The notes: a model not told the origin generated them from the letters alone. Shown: positions 36,802 through 50,544, counted from the whole stretch's first letter. The stretch is 63,536 bases of DNA, filler included, from Octopus bimaculoides (GCF_001194135.2; 9 parts of 8 records of this genome joined end to end with filler, not necessarily neighbours in it); one strand, 5' to 3'. Program-made: numbers and translations.

Positions 36802-38204
36802 CTGAAAGTTGAAAATGTTTGACAGAATCACAGTGAAAGGATTTACCAAATTATAAGAATTAAAAGATTTGAAATTGTAGAGATAATTTCGGTAATGAGA
36901 AATGAAGTGGAAGGTAATGCATTTTAAGTTGATAAAATTAACTATATAGTGATGCATTTAGTGGTCAAACAGTGTGAGACTCAAGCGGAAGGGAAGATTT
37001 CAGCAAAGCTGGTTCAAGAAAAATCTTAAACAGAATTTCTATGACTTTCTACTTGAACAAAATGTGAATGGGAAGAGAATGGGCAGAGATTCCCCACACT
37101 TAATGATACAAAGAAGATAAACAAAGTTTGACATACATCTTTCAGGCAAGCTGACAAATAAACTATTTGTAGAAGACAGCAGACTTTAGCACACCTAATG
37201 TGTGAACAACTTAGGAAATTAAAAGATGAGCCTGTTCAGTCATTCATTTAATGTCTACCTTTTCATGCTAGAATAGATTAGATAAGAAGGTATCTTAAGG
37301 CAGGATTTTTATGGCTAGATGCTCTTTCTGCCATCCAGTCTTATTAATTATTTGTAGGGACACCTTACTTAACTATAATATACTACAAAGTATATTAAAC
37401 ACTTTAAAAGTCAACACTGTGTCCTACCATGTTAGCAGTGCTATTAAATCATTTTTTAATGTTATCCGTACAGATTTTCTACAGAAATTATAGCCAACAC
37501 TGATTTGTTATGATGTTTCATTTCGGAATACACCTAACGTAAACAATGTGATCAAAGATTTAAAAAATAGGTTATGGGTGTATATAGATATTTCAAGAGT
37601 TCTTACTCCTTCTTTACCAACAAACTCATTATGTACATATCAGCTGCTAGAAATGTGTTTAATATGTAAAATTGGTACATCCAACAGTGTTACACCACTA
37701 GATTTTGTAGCTATTTAAGCAATGAATTTGTGGATGGTTAATGGGTTAGATGTGGTGCTGAAGAAGGAGCAAGAACTCTTGAAATATGTATATATACCCA
37801 TTAACTATTTTCCCATCATTGATTGCATTTTTTACATTAGATATATTCAGATAGGAAATGCTATAACAAATCAGTGCTGGTTACAGGAAAATATGTAGAG
37901 ATAACCTTAGAGAGAAGCAGTATACAAACCAAAAAGTATTGTTTATGGTCACTTTAATGTAAACGATACTGCCATTTGACCCCAGGAAGAAATCTCCTCC
38001 AGTTGGTTTATTCAGTGCACTTTTCATACTCAATATTTATTGCAAGCAGGAGATAACTTCTGCCACCGTAACTCTGAGACAACTAGACCAAATTTCGAAA
38101 CAAAAGGAGAACCAAACTTAGACGTAAATACTTTCATTCTAAAAGTAATAATGATAATAACTTTTTTCCAATTAAGTCATTTCTCTGGGGTTTTTTTCTC
38201 TACA

Positions 38205-38970
38205 TAAGATAGCTGTGTGAAAAGGTGCCACACCCTAGCAGTTGAGAGAACCTGTGGAAGAAGTAGACCCAGGAAGACCTGGGATGAGGTGGTAAAGCAC
38301 GACCATTGAACATTAGGCCTCACCAAGGCAATGCCTAGCAACTGAGACCTTTGGAAATATGCTGTGCTTGAGAAGACCCAGCAGGCCAAGTGAGACCATA
38401 ACCCGTGGCCTATGCCAGAGGTGTAACCAGCCCACTTATGCATACCTTTCCTTCATTGGACACTAAACTCTGCTTGAGAAGACTTGTTGAGGCAAGTGAA
38501 ATCGAAATCAAATTTCATGACTGGCATCCGTGCTAGTGGAGTGCTAAGAGCACCATCCGAGCATGATCGTTGCCAGAGCAGCTGACTGGCTTCCGTGCCA
38601 GTGGCATGTAAAAAGCACCTTTCGAGCGTGATTGTTACTGGCACTTGTGTTGGTGGCAAGTGAAAAAAATATTCGAACGAGGTCATTGCCAGTGCCGCTG
38701 GACTGGTTCCTGTGCAGGTGGCACATAAAAAACACCATTTAAGTGTGGCCATTGCCAGTATTGCCTGACTGGCCCTTGTGCCGGTGGCACGTAAAAGCAC
38801 CCACTACACTCTCGGAGTGGTTGGCGTTAGGAAGGGCATCCAGCCATAGAAACTCTGCCAGATCAGATTGAAGCCTGTTGCAGTCATCTAGTTTGCCAGT
38901 CCTCAGTCAAATCGTCCAACCCATGCCAGCATGGAAAGCGGACGTTAGACAATGATGATGATGATGATGA
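38205..38970 (+). mobile_element. 5'-truncated RTE LINE (ORF2 C-terminus, 3'UTR with ~57-bp tandem repeats, (GAT)n tail), antisense in a NO VEIN-like intron
   Basis: DSCVKRCHTLAVERTCGRSRPRKTWDEVVKHD...LWKYAVLEK; tail atggaaagcggacgttagacaatgatgatg. Confidence 0.88.
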
Positions 38971-39416
38971 AGTTGCGTAAGTCAGATTTTCACATTTGTA
39001 CGATAATCCTATTTTAATTCAAACACTGCATTGTTAAGTAAAATTAGTATCTCATGTTGTGTGAAATATCTTTCTCCAGTTCTGTAGGTTTTCTACTATG
39101 TAAAATGATGACAAGTTACACAGCCACATTGCACCTGTTTACAGCTAGATGGAATGCGGTACTGAGAGTTAAGTGTGTTTATAGCACAATGCAAGTAACA
39201 AGATATGAACCTTTAAAACGTCAGCTCATAGAAAGATATATTGTCAGCTTCATCAAAAGAGGTCAACTTATGTGTACATGTGTGTGAGTTTTGATATATA
39301 TACATATCTATATACATATATATCCATGCAAATATTGGACATATCCTACAAATTACAAAGCAGTGTTTTATAGTCAATCATTACTAGTCTATTTGCTTAT
39401 ACAGGTGCATACAAAC

Positions 39417-39497
39417 CTGAGCATTGAAGGACTTGTTTAACTTCATTGGGAAAGCTAAGGCAATCTCTGTTGATTCCACATCAATATCCGATTTCAC
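39417..39497 (-). CDS. Exon 2 of 3 seen, NO VEIN-like protein: VKSDIDVESTEIALAFPMKLNKSFNAQ
   Basis: Poly-T tract then ggtcag|GTG...GCTCAG|gtttgt; 81 nt, phase 0-0; STEIALAF matches the recalled TTEIxIAF motif of NO VEIN proteins. Confidence 0.82.
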
Positions 39498-40634
39498 CTG
39501 ACCAGAAAAAAAAAAAAAGCATATTTCAAACGTGAGAAATAGAAGCACTTGAGAAGTATAAGGAGTCAAAATCATCTTGCAGACCTGGTTGACTGAGTGT
39601 AATTCGTCTCTGGAGTTCATTACATTCTGTGACTTTTAAAGGAGGATATAGTGAACAGAATCTGTCTCAGAGGAATTTGAAACCAAACGAAGAGATGATA
39701 TACTGAATACTGTAAAACATCTATCTATTCAGGGTTTCTATCACTGGTGACAATTCATTTCTGAATATAGCTATTTTGATTGACTTCATATATTACTTAT
39801 TCTTATTATGGAAGATGTAGTTGAATCAAGTATTATTTGAACTTAGAACATAAGGCTAAGACAATAAGGTATGAAAGAAGTGGGTTAGATATCGCTGGTT
39901 CATGTTGTAGGGGAGCCACATGGCTACTCATTTAGGAGAGAGTTAGAAATGAATAAGTAGTAGCTGCAACTAGACAAATAGTGGTGATACATGTCCACGT
40001 AGCATCTTTAGGTATGAGGGAACACGAAAACTGAAAGTGCTTTGGTGAGAAGAAATAGGCAAAATAAGAGAGAAGAAGCAGGCAATATCTATAAGGACTG
40101 GGCAGGGATGAATGGTAGATGCTGGGGTGGGGATTGCCAATGCATTGAATTGAATTGAAGAGGTAGAGGGGTGCAAGAAGAGACCAGTAACAGGATGTTA
40201 GAGTCGACATGGTAGGGAGAAGAGTGAGATGATGTATTTGGATAGGTTACAAGAGAGGGGACACACACAGAGAGTCAGTTGTAATGCATGAGGTTAAAAT
40301 TTGTTAATACAATGCGGGAATGGAAATTAATGTGATGTGGGTTAGAAAACAATATAAATGAATAAGATTGTGGTATCAGGAGGAGACAGAATAGTAGCAG
40401 CAGTGGGAGATAAGTGGAGAGATGGGAGGAGATTAGGTGAGGTATTAATTTGTGCACCTATGTCATTTGTACACCAATAGTGTTTCTAGAAGTCAGTTTC
40501 ACCATGATGGGTGCATCTTCTCAAGATCCTTGTATCGCTAGGCATCCCAGTTCTTTGTCATTTCTTTCATTACATACACACACACATATGCGTGCATGTA
40601 CAAATATCTGTAAGTGTGTAAAAGAATTTCATAC

Positions 40635-40766
40635 CTGCGCTGAAACTTTGGTAGCATCCAGCAGTTTTTTAATAACAAACCAACGATCAACAGCTCCATT
40701 GTAAGTTATTTCAACAATATCATGTTCTCGATCATAACGTTGCATAACTGTCTCTGTACCTTGAAT
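40635..40766 (-). CDS. Exon 1 of 3 seen, NO VEIN-like (sacsin/HSP90-like ATPase family) protein: IQGTETVMQRYDREHDIVEITYNGAVDRWFVIKKLLDATKVSAQ
   Basis: Minus strand gtatttcag|ATT...GCGCAG|gtatga; 132 nt, phase 0-0, no stops; joins the next exon in frame. Confidence 0.8.
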
Positions 40767-41029
40767 CTGAAATACAAACTCAACTTTAATATTTCTTTCC
40801 TTTTCCTGATTAAGATTTGAATTACAGAGTTGAAGACTTCCAATTTGTTACTGGTAAATACCAATACCTCTTACCTCTTTTATTAATCAAAATGATCACT
40901 CAGTCTATCAATATTTTCCCTTCATAAATCGATAATGTTAACACAATAATGTTTACACAAGCGGATGTGATATATTTAATCTATTATTCCTGAGCTAACT
41001 TCTGGTAGTGTCTGACCATTAATTCTACA

Positions 41030-42174
41030 TATTTTTCTTCCCGTCCGTTCTTCATTATCTATCTGTTTCTCTCCATGTAATTCAATTGAACTCCGTTTTT
41101 GTCTTAAATTCATACATATTCATTTTCCTTACTTTATTCAAATTTTATCTCTCCTTTCTTTAAAATTACGATTTAAGCTTAGCCATCTTTCCTTTGTACA
41201 ATTTCGTCCTAAATTCATGCTATTTATATATTCTATTTACTTAAGTTTTATCGCTACTTTAAAATTACAATTTAAGCGTTGTTGTCTCTCAAATATTTAG
41301 AACCTACGATTAAGAAGTCTCTCTCCTGGCTGGTGGTAGATTTTATTTTTTCTACTCCCTCAACATTTTCTCAAACCTTTTTTGCGTTCCCCACCCTGTC
41401 CGTTCTTCATTATCTATCTATTTTTCTCCATGTAAATCAATTGAACTCCGTTTTTGTCTTAAATTCATACTTATTCATTTTCTTTACTTTATTCAAATTT
41501 TTATCGCTCCTTCCTTTAAAATTACGATTTAAGCTTAGCCGTCTTTCCTTCAACTTCGCCTCTGATTTAGCATTCTGTACAATTTCGTCCTAAATTCATG
41601 CTATTTATTTTATTCTCCTTCCTTAAGTTTTATCGCTACTTTAAAATTACAATCTAAGCGTTGCTGTCTCTCAAATATGTTTAAGCAGCGTTCTTCAATT
41701 CTCTTTCAAAAAAGCGCAAAGAATTAATCCTGCGTGATGTGCTGCTTGACTGCCCCCCCCTCTCTCTCTCTATATATATGCCTTTCTCTCATCATGTCTC
41801 TCTCTATCCCACTCTCTCTCTCTCTCTCTACTTCCCTCTATCGTAGATTCCTTCAGGATCCGGCTATATAAATAAGAAGTCCCTTCTAAATTGTCTCACA
41901 ATCTATTCTACTGACATAACTACGACGAGGTTTCTCCAAAATATGGAACAGCTAAGATAGATTTTATTTTGTCTACTCCCTCAACATTTTCTCAAACCTT
42001 TTTTGCGCCACCCCCCCGTCCGTTCTTCATTATCTATCTGTTTCTCTCCATGTTATTCAATTGAACTTCGTTTTGGTCTTAAATTCATACTTATTCATTT
42101 CCCTTACTTTTTATTCAAATTTTATCACTCCTTCCTTTAAAATTATGATTTAAGCTTAGCCATCTTTCCTTTGT
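41030..42174. repeat. Three diverged copies of a ~360-bp pyrimidine-rich unit
   Basis: gtccgttcttcattatctatct...caattgaact..gttttt.gtcttaaattcatac recurs near 41043, 41398 and 42018. Confidence 0.85.
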
Positions 42175-42288
42175 NNNNNNNNNNNNNNNNNNNNNNNNNN
42201 NNNNNNNNNNNNNNNNNNTTAATTAATTAANNNNNNNNNNNNNNNNNNNNNNNNNNNNNNNNNNNNNNNNNNNNCACACAGTCACACT

Positions 42289-42325
<37 letters not shown>

Positions 42326-42329
42326 GTAT

Positions 42330-43390
42330 ATCACAGGAAGGGCAGATCCTGTGCATTTGAATCTTCTCCAGCAGTCTCTAAATCGCGCTGTCCTCTTTAC
42401 TGAGTAGTATGACATCCTCTGCGTAAACTCCTCCACCATCATCGCTCACCTCTCTCTCGGTCTTTTCTATATCTCCCCTTTATCACTGTGCATAGAAGCC
42501 TCTCTGACCTCCTAATATTTCTCCAGATGGCATTCCTCAAACATTGCTCCTCCAATTCATTCTAAGCAATTCTTCATTGCTCCACATGGTTAGTACAGCA
42601 GATTTTTTTTTCTCCGTTTGCTCCCAGAACTACATTTCACATCTTTCCAGTCTCCTAACCTCCCTGATGGTTCACGTTTCTGAGTAGCACGCTAAATACT
42701 AGTATTTCATGTTCGTTGAATTTGTTTTGGGTTGTGGCAATTCTTGTTCTGATTTCCTTCTCACTTCTTCCATCTTATCTATATTGTTGAATCTCCTCTA
42801 CTTGCTTTTCGTTGAAGTTGTTTTGTAGGTTCTCTTGTCTGCTCTTTCCAATTTTCATTCCTTTGTTCTTCTTCTGGTTTATTCTCATCTTGTAACCCTC
42901 ACCTACTTCAACCAGACTTGTCAGGATGGTCTGCAAGCCCTCTGCTGTGTTTGCTGTCATTGCCTGGTCGTCTGCGAACCTCACAGCTTGTATCAGATGT
43001 GCATCTACTTTCACTCCTATCACCTCATCCATCGCCTCTTTCATCATTGCCTCTGCATAAATGTTGAAGAGCAAGGTGGGGCGTAAGCTATCTTATCTAA
43101 CTCCTCCTCGTTGGTGCCATTCCGGCCATTCCGTCATCTGTCCTTATAGTTGTTGTCGGGTACATGTACAGAGCTGTGTCAGGCACCTTTCTCTCCAATC
43201 TATTCCCAGATTTTTGAGTTAACTCATCAGGTTTTTTTTCTAATCAAGTCTATCGACACCTTACTCATAGTCGGCAAAGACTTGCTGATCAAGCTTAACG
43301 CTTTGCTCTCTTAAAGTTCTCACAATGATTGTCTCTCTCGTCCCCATTCGTTTCCTGAAGCCAAATTGGTCTCTCCTAATGAATCCCTTT
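42330..43390 (-). mobile_element. Decayed RTE-clade LINE, RT domain to C-terminus
   Basis: DQFGFRK..GTRE...LGIDWRE; LFNIYAEAMMKEAM...IQAVRFADDQAM (catalytic FADD). Confidence 0.9.
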
Positions 43391-43535
43391 GCTTTGGTCC
43401 TCAGCTTTCAACACTGTTTTTGGATGCATGGGATATGAGGTTGATTTTGCGGTGACCTTTACATTTCTGGCCATTAGGCGTTTCTTTTTTTTTTTACGGG
43501 TTTTGTCTTTTCGTCTCACAGGATGCCCAAATGCT

Positions 43536-44421
43536 TTTATTCTTTCCCGTGTTTCAGTCATTCGATTGCAGCCATGCTGGAGTACCATCTTAAAGGGTTT
43601 TGTAGTTGAAGAAATCGACCCCAGGACTTATTCTTTGTAAGCCTAGTACTTATTTTATCGGGGTCTTTTGCCGAACCGCTAAGTTACGGGGATTTAAACA
43701 CACCAACATCAAGGGATGGTGGAGGGGGACAAACGCAGACACAAAAACACACTAAGATAAGCATATATANNNNNNNNNNNNNNNNNNNNNNNNNNNNNNN
43801 NNNNNNNNNNNNNNNNNNNNNNNNNNNNNNNNNNNNNNNNNNNNNNNNNNNNNNNNNNNNNNNNNNNNNNNNNNNNNNNNNNNNNNNNNNNNNNNNNNNN
43901 NNNNNNNNNNNNNNNNNNNNNNNNNNNNNNNNNNNNNNNNNNNNNNNNNNNNNNNNNNNNNNNNNNNNNNNNNNNNNNNNNNNNNNNNNNNNNNNNNNNN
44001 NNNNNNNNNNNNNNNNNNNNNNNNNNNNNNNNNNNNNNNNNNNNNNNNNNNNNNNNNNNNNNNNNNNNNNNNNNNNNNNNNNNNNNNNNNNNNNNNNNNN
44101 NNNNNNNNNNNNNNNNNNNNNNNNNNNNNNNNNNNNNNNNNNNNNNNNNNNNNNNNNNNNNNNNNNNNNNNNNNNNNNNNNNNNNNNNNNNNNNNNNNNN
44201 NNNNNNNNNNNNNNNNNNNNNNNNNNNNNNNNNNNNNNNNNNNNNNNNNNNCCTCGTTCAGAGATTTATTATATATATACGACGGGCTTCTTTCAGTTTC
44301 TACAAAATCCACTCACAAGGCTTTGGTCGGATCAAGGCTATAGTAGAAGACACTTGCCCAAGGTGCCACGCAGTGGGACTAAACCAGGAACCGTGTGGTT
44401 GGGAAGCAAGCTTCTTACCAC
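43536..44421 (-). mobile_element. SINE family A whose central microsatellite falls in a gap
   Basis: 3' half at 43536-43760 and head at 44279-44421 in the same orientation. Confidence 0.8.
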
Positions 44422-46169
44422 CTTATGTACCTACGTGTGAATCTCAGATCAATTGGTTCGGATTGTGTAGATCATGATTATTACTTAAGTAGCTTCTGGC
44501 ATGTAATTACTCACCGGTTTACTCTGTCGAAATACAAGTAGATTCATAATTTCATACGCTCATTTCAGAAGATTCAGAACGATTATTTGATGATGTCAGG
44601 TACTCTGCAACTCCAATTTCAATACTAATACGTATGTCATGCGGTAAATAAAATGTAATAAAAAAAGATGAATGAACAATGAGGCTTCAAAATGTTCCCT
44701 GCGTATGTTTCAATAGCATGGGGATTCCATTATAAATCATGCATTTTGCAATACAAAATCAACAACCTTTTCATGGGGTACCACTACTGCTCGTAGAAAC
44801 ACTCCATTTTTATGTAATGTACAAATTATGAATGAATTATGCTAGTGAAACACACACACCTGCGCGTGCGTGCGTATATATTATTGCTATTATTATTATT
44901 GATTGAATTTTCTTTTTATTTCACTAACCCTTTTATTAATTTTTGTGCGAAGACGCATTTCCGTTATATCAAAGAAATATTTGTTCCCATGAGTGATATT
45001 ATTAAAGGTCACTAAATTTCATCAATGTATATTTTCTAAGGCTGAGCATTTTAATGTATTCAATATAATACAAAAACGATTGACATCAGAATTTCTAATT
45101 TCCGGTTGGCCTCAGGAGATTCCGGTGGTTTTTAAAATTATACATTGCGGACACAAAGAAGTAATGCTCTCATACTGGTTACCCTATCATCTCTTGAGAC
45201 CGCGTTTTATCTATGCAATTATATATAGAGAACGTTAATGTCAAATTTTACGTATACATATTTACATCGTAATATTTGAATTATTTCTACATCATTATAA
45301 ATCACGTACTCGAATAAATATTCCCGTTTTAAGCATGAAATATTTCTTTCTTGTATGGTACACGTCATGCAAAAAAGGAAACATATATCTATGGCATGAA
45401 ATTATGTCTTTGCAAGCTTTTGGTAATTAAGATGTCAGGGTTACCAACCTAAAGGCCCTATAGTGGTACGGTATGTCAGACCATCGCTTCAATATTGAGT
45501 GAACGTTGCCTGCGAAGGCTTGGGTACATGCGTTGCATGTGTGGAAGTCTAAAGATTTATTGTAGGGCCTACGCGAGTATAAAATCGTTCAAAATGTCAT
45601 CATGCCTACTTCAGATACATGGATGTGTGCAAAAGGAATTTCTGTCCAATGCACATTGGAAGGACATAGCAAAAACGGTATATTCTGGAGAAAGGCAGGA
45701 GGGGGGATCCAAATAAAGCAAAGGATGCTCACCACGACAACTCAGTCTTCGGATTGCGTATAAGATGTGACAGCACAATGTAGACGTAAGAAGAAAACGA
45801 ATGAGATCTAAAAGGGAGAGAAAAAAAATGATATTTTCATCACCTCTTTGAAAGGAGAGAGATTGACGAGAGTACAACCATATCACTCGTTTAAAGACTT
45901 CTCTTTTATTAGTATTTTTTCTAGCTTCATTCGACGTAAAAATTTCTTTGTTTTTAGTCGACCCGTTTTTGAATGGTCTTTCATTTCACGATTTATAGCA
46001 AATAAAACTAAACATGGTAGAAATAGATGATTACTCCATCATTCCATTACTTCATTAAGTATCTTAATTATGAAGTAGTCACTGATTCTCCACATAACTG
46101 GAATTCGGTTTTGCAATGATTGAAATTGTGATATCAGATTAAATCAGATTATATACATGTATATATACA

Positions 46170-46500
46170 TACGAAAGGCCCTCATGTACGAATAACAACT
46201 GTATAGTATGCAGAATGAACCATCAGGTTAACTGTTAGATTAGGAACGTAGTCTGTAGCAGATGATGTACTGGGAGAATACGCAGAAACAAGGCAACAAC
46301 ATACATTGAGTAGGCACCACATAGCATAGGGGGAGCGGACAGGCGAACCACTGGTGGGAGTTCAAAGAGACAAAAAGCTCGTCAATTTCCTACCAACATG
46401 ATCAATTAGAACATAGAAGCTCGTTTAATAACAGATTATTGAGGCCACACAGATAGTAGTAGACAGACCTAGCCTCAACAGAAAACACGAATGGAATGGG
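46170..46500 (+). mobile_element. Decayed Penelope-like GIY-YIG fragment (second family)
   Basis: CTNNNCIVC...NC..RNVV...TYI...GER..E...EATQI..DRPSLNRKHEW with frameshifts. Confidence 0.6.
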
Positions 46501-46739
46501 ATAACACTCACACCACTACCACCACACTATGTAACATGACGACTAAAGACAGAATGGGAGAAAAAAGTCACAGATACAAACAGTATAATATATAAATCCA
46601 TACACACACGCGTACACACAAAAGGCACACATACACAAACTTAAGACGGAATGAGAAAAACAAAGAAAGAAATAAGTGAATAAATGAGAAACAGACTAAT
46701 AAAGAACACGAGTACAAGCAGTATAGTTGGTGAACCTAT

Positions 46740-46780
<41 letters not shown>

Positions 46781-47170
46781 AAACATATATAAAACACAGA
46801 CACACGTATACACAAATATACACACACATACAAACGCAAACGCATGCGTGGATAAGGATATACATTATAGTAAGGCAGAATGGATTACACAGTACAGGAG
46901 GAGACAAGTGGGATAGAGAGTCACTGAAGAGGTCACCGAAAGTGTGATGAAAGATCCATGACAAAGAACACTAAAACAAAAACAACAATAAAGCGGAAGT
47001 GAAGAATGAATATATACTGCGTGTGTTTATTTGGAAAAAAAATAAAAAAGAAAATGACCATCCCGAAATATAACGATATCTGTTTCAATGTTTCAACACA
47101 CGATTACACTTATGGAATCTTGCAAAACAAACACATAAAAACGTGTATATATATATACACATACATACAT

Positions 47171-47243
<73 letters not shown>

Positions 47244-47808
47244 NNNNNNNNNNNNNNNNNNNNNNNNNNNNNNNNNNNNNNNNNNNNNNNNNNNNNNNNN
47301 NNNNNNNNNNNNNNNNNNNNNNNNNNNNNNNNNNNNNNNNNNNNNNNNNNNNNNNNNNNNNNNNNNNNNNNNNNNNNNNNNNNNNNNNNNNNNNNNNNNN
47401 NNNNNNNNNNNNNNNNNNNNNNNNNNNNNNNNNNNNNNNNNNNNNNNNNNNNNNNNNNNNNNNNNNNNNNNNNNNNNNNNNNNNNNNNNNNNNNNNNNNN
47501 NNNNNNNNNNNNNNNNNNNNNNNNNNNNNNNNNNNNNNNNNNNNNNNNNNNNNNNNNNNNNNNNNNNNNNNNNNNNNNNNNNNNNNNNNNNNNNNNNNNN
47601 NNNNNNNNNNNNNNNNNNNNNNNNNNNNNNNNNNNNNNNNNNNNNNNNNNNNNNGTCAATTTAATGTGACAGTCTCATGAAGGGAATAATACCACTGCTA
47701 TTTAGCCCTAGGAAGTAGCACCGCTTCCAGTCGGCTTTGACACATTTCCTGTCTCCTTATGTTTACAAGGGGGGGGGGGACAAGTACCTCCACCCAGCTA
47801 AGCCTGCA

Positions 47809-47851
47809 TCCAGAGACATGTTTCTGAGTCTTTGCTCGTCATCAGTCTGGA
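47809..47851 (-). ncRNA. Minimal type I hammerhead ribozyme motif
   Basis: Minus strand UCCAGA-CUGAUGA-C-GAG(CAAAGA)CUC-A-GAAAC-AU-GUC^UCUGGA: perfect 6-bp helix I, core boxes, palindromic ACAUGU helix III, GUC triplet; predicted cut between 47815 and 47814. Confidence 0.7.
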
Positions 47852-47945
47852 GTAGCAATGGCCTGCTAGTTGGAGATGCCTGTCAAGCTCTTGTAAACAT
47901 ATAATAATTCTAGTGAAACACATTCACTGATTTCAAGCCATTGCT

Positions 47946-47985
47946 ACTCCAGACTGATGACGAGCAAAAGACTCAGAAACATGTC
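47946..47985 (+). ncRNA. Second, inverted hammerhead copy truncated at its cleavage site
   Basis: CUCCAGA-CUGAUGA-CGAGCAAAAGACUCA-GAAAC-AU-GUC; identity to the minus copy stops exactly after GUC and the 3' strand of helix I is absent. Confidence 0.6.
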
Positions 47986-48134
47986 CTTGAGCATACCTAT
48001 TAATGCAGCCATGTTTGCATCAGAGAAGTGTGATTTAAATGCGAATCGATCTTGGCTCGCAAACATCGTTCACCTGGGGCCAACTTGCCCATTTCAATAT
48101 CTCTGTCCTCAAAACATACAACACTCATCACACA

Positions 48135-48439
<305 letters not shown>

Positions 48440-49917
48440 CATCACTGTTAATTATAGGCGCTGTCATCATCACCACCACCACCACCACCACAAAGATCGT
48501 CATCATCATCATCGCCAATCATCATCATCGTCACCGCAGTCACCGTCACCACCAACACCATCACGACTAGTACAACTCCCACTCCATCACTAACCTCACC
48601 AATAGATGAATCGGAAGCAATCGAAAGACAACAGTAATAACAGCAACAACACCAATGCAGCAGCGACGGGACTCTTTCAGGGTCGCTTAACTTGTTAGAA
48701 AAAGAAGCCAAATTTCTCTCCAATCACACGCTACATTTTAAAGAAAGACGGAATGGTCACGGCTGGAATGTCTTTCGTCATTGTTCCGCCGACTGAGAGC
48801 GACATGTGGTTAAACAGTAGGAGTAATAGCAGCATTAGAATNNNNNNNNNNNNNNNNNNNNNNNNNNNNNNNNNNNNNNNNNNNNNNNNNNNNNNNNNNN
48901 NNNNNNNNNNNNNNNNNNNNNNNNNNNNNNNNNNNNNNNNNNNNNNNNNNNNNNNNNNNNNNNNNNNNNNNNNNNNNNNNNNNNNNNNNNNNNNNNNNNN
49001 NNNNNNNNNNNNNNNNNNNNNNNNNNNNNNNNNNNNNNNNNNNNNNNNNNNNNNNNNNNNNNNNNNNNNNNNNNNNNNNNNNNNNNNNNNNNNNNNNNNN
49101 NNNNNNNNNNNNNNNNNNNNNNNNNNNNNNNNNNNNNNNNNNNNNNNNNNNNNNNNNNNNNNNNNNNNNNNNNNNNNNNNNNNNGAAAGAACGATGTATT
49201 TTGCGAGTGTGAGTGAGAGAGAGGGAGAGAGAGAGAGAGTATGTACTCAATTAATACACGCAGGCTCACGCACACGTATATACTATGAAAAGGAGTGGTT
49301 ACTAATTGATAACGATGCTTTGAAAGCGAAAGAAGAAAGGGAATATAGTTTATAAATAATATATAATATATATATACAGAGAGAAAGAGACAGATAGAGA
49401 AAAGGAAAGAGAGAGGGAAGAAGAAGAAGAAGAAGAAGAAGAAGAAGAAGAAGAAGAAGCAAGAGAGAGAGGGTGGGAGATAGGATAGATTCATGAGAGA
49501 GGTGGTGTTAGTGTAGGTGGTGATTGTGGTGATGGTGTTAGAGGCAGCGATGCTGGTGGTACAGTCGTTGGTGATAAAGTCGAAAAAGAGTTGCTCGCGC
49601 CATATATATTGGACAGAAGCGAGACTTAGCAGCGAAGAATTTAGCGGGTTGTGTGTGTGTGTTGAATGAGACACCAGTGAAAAAGAGGCCGCAGTATATT
49701 CTGCTGCCGTCTGTTGTACTCCCGGATGTCGCGTGCTGACAATGCCTTGGATTGTTGTTATGTAATACCTGCACTGTCAAGGTAAGTCCATCGTAAATTC
49801 TATAGACGTCACACACACACACACGCACGCGCACACACAGACATAGTTACTGGTTGCACATACGCATACACACACTCGCAACCACATGTGTTTGTGGCTA
49901 TTTTTTTATTCCTTTAA

Positions 49918-50487
<570 letters not shown>

Positions 50488-50544
50488 TTATATGTAGATT
50501 TTTATAAACATATAAGCATTGTGTACAGTTCTTTTACATTTATT

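Noticed and set aside
36850-38130. Apparent decayed long ORF or endogenous viral element on the plus strand
   Set aside because: Stops remain frequent, no motif is recognised, and the region is explained as intron of the minus-strand gene.
46918-46955. CUGAAGA-GG(UCA)CC-GAAAG downstream of a Penelope fragment
   Set aside because: The position is plausible, but helix III and the cleavage triplet are missing; at best a decayed relic.
49596-49612. CArG box
   Set aside because: There are nine A/T bases between CC and GG rather than six.
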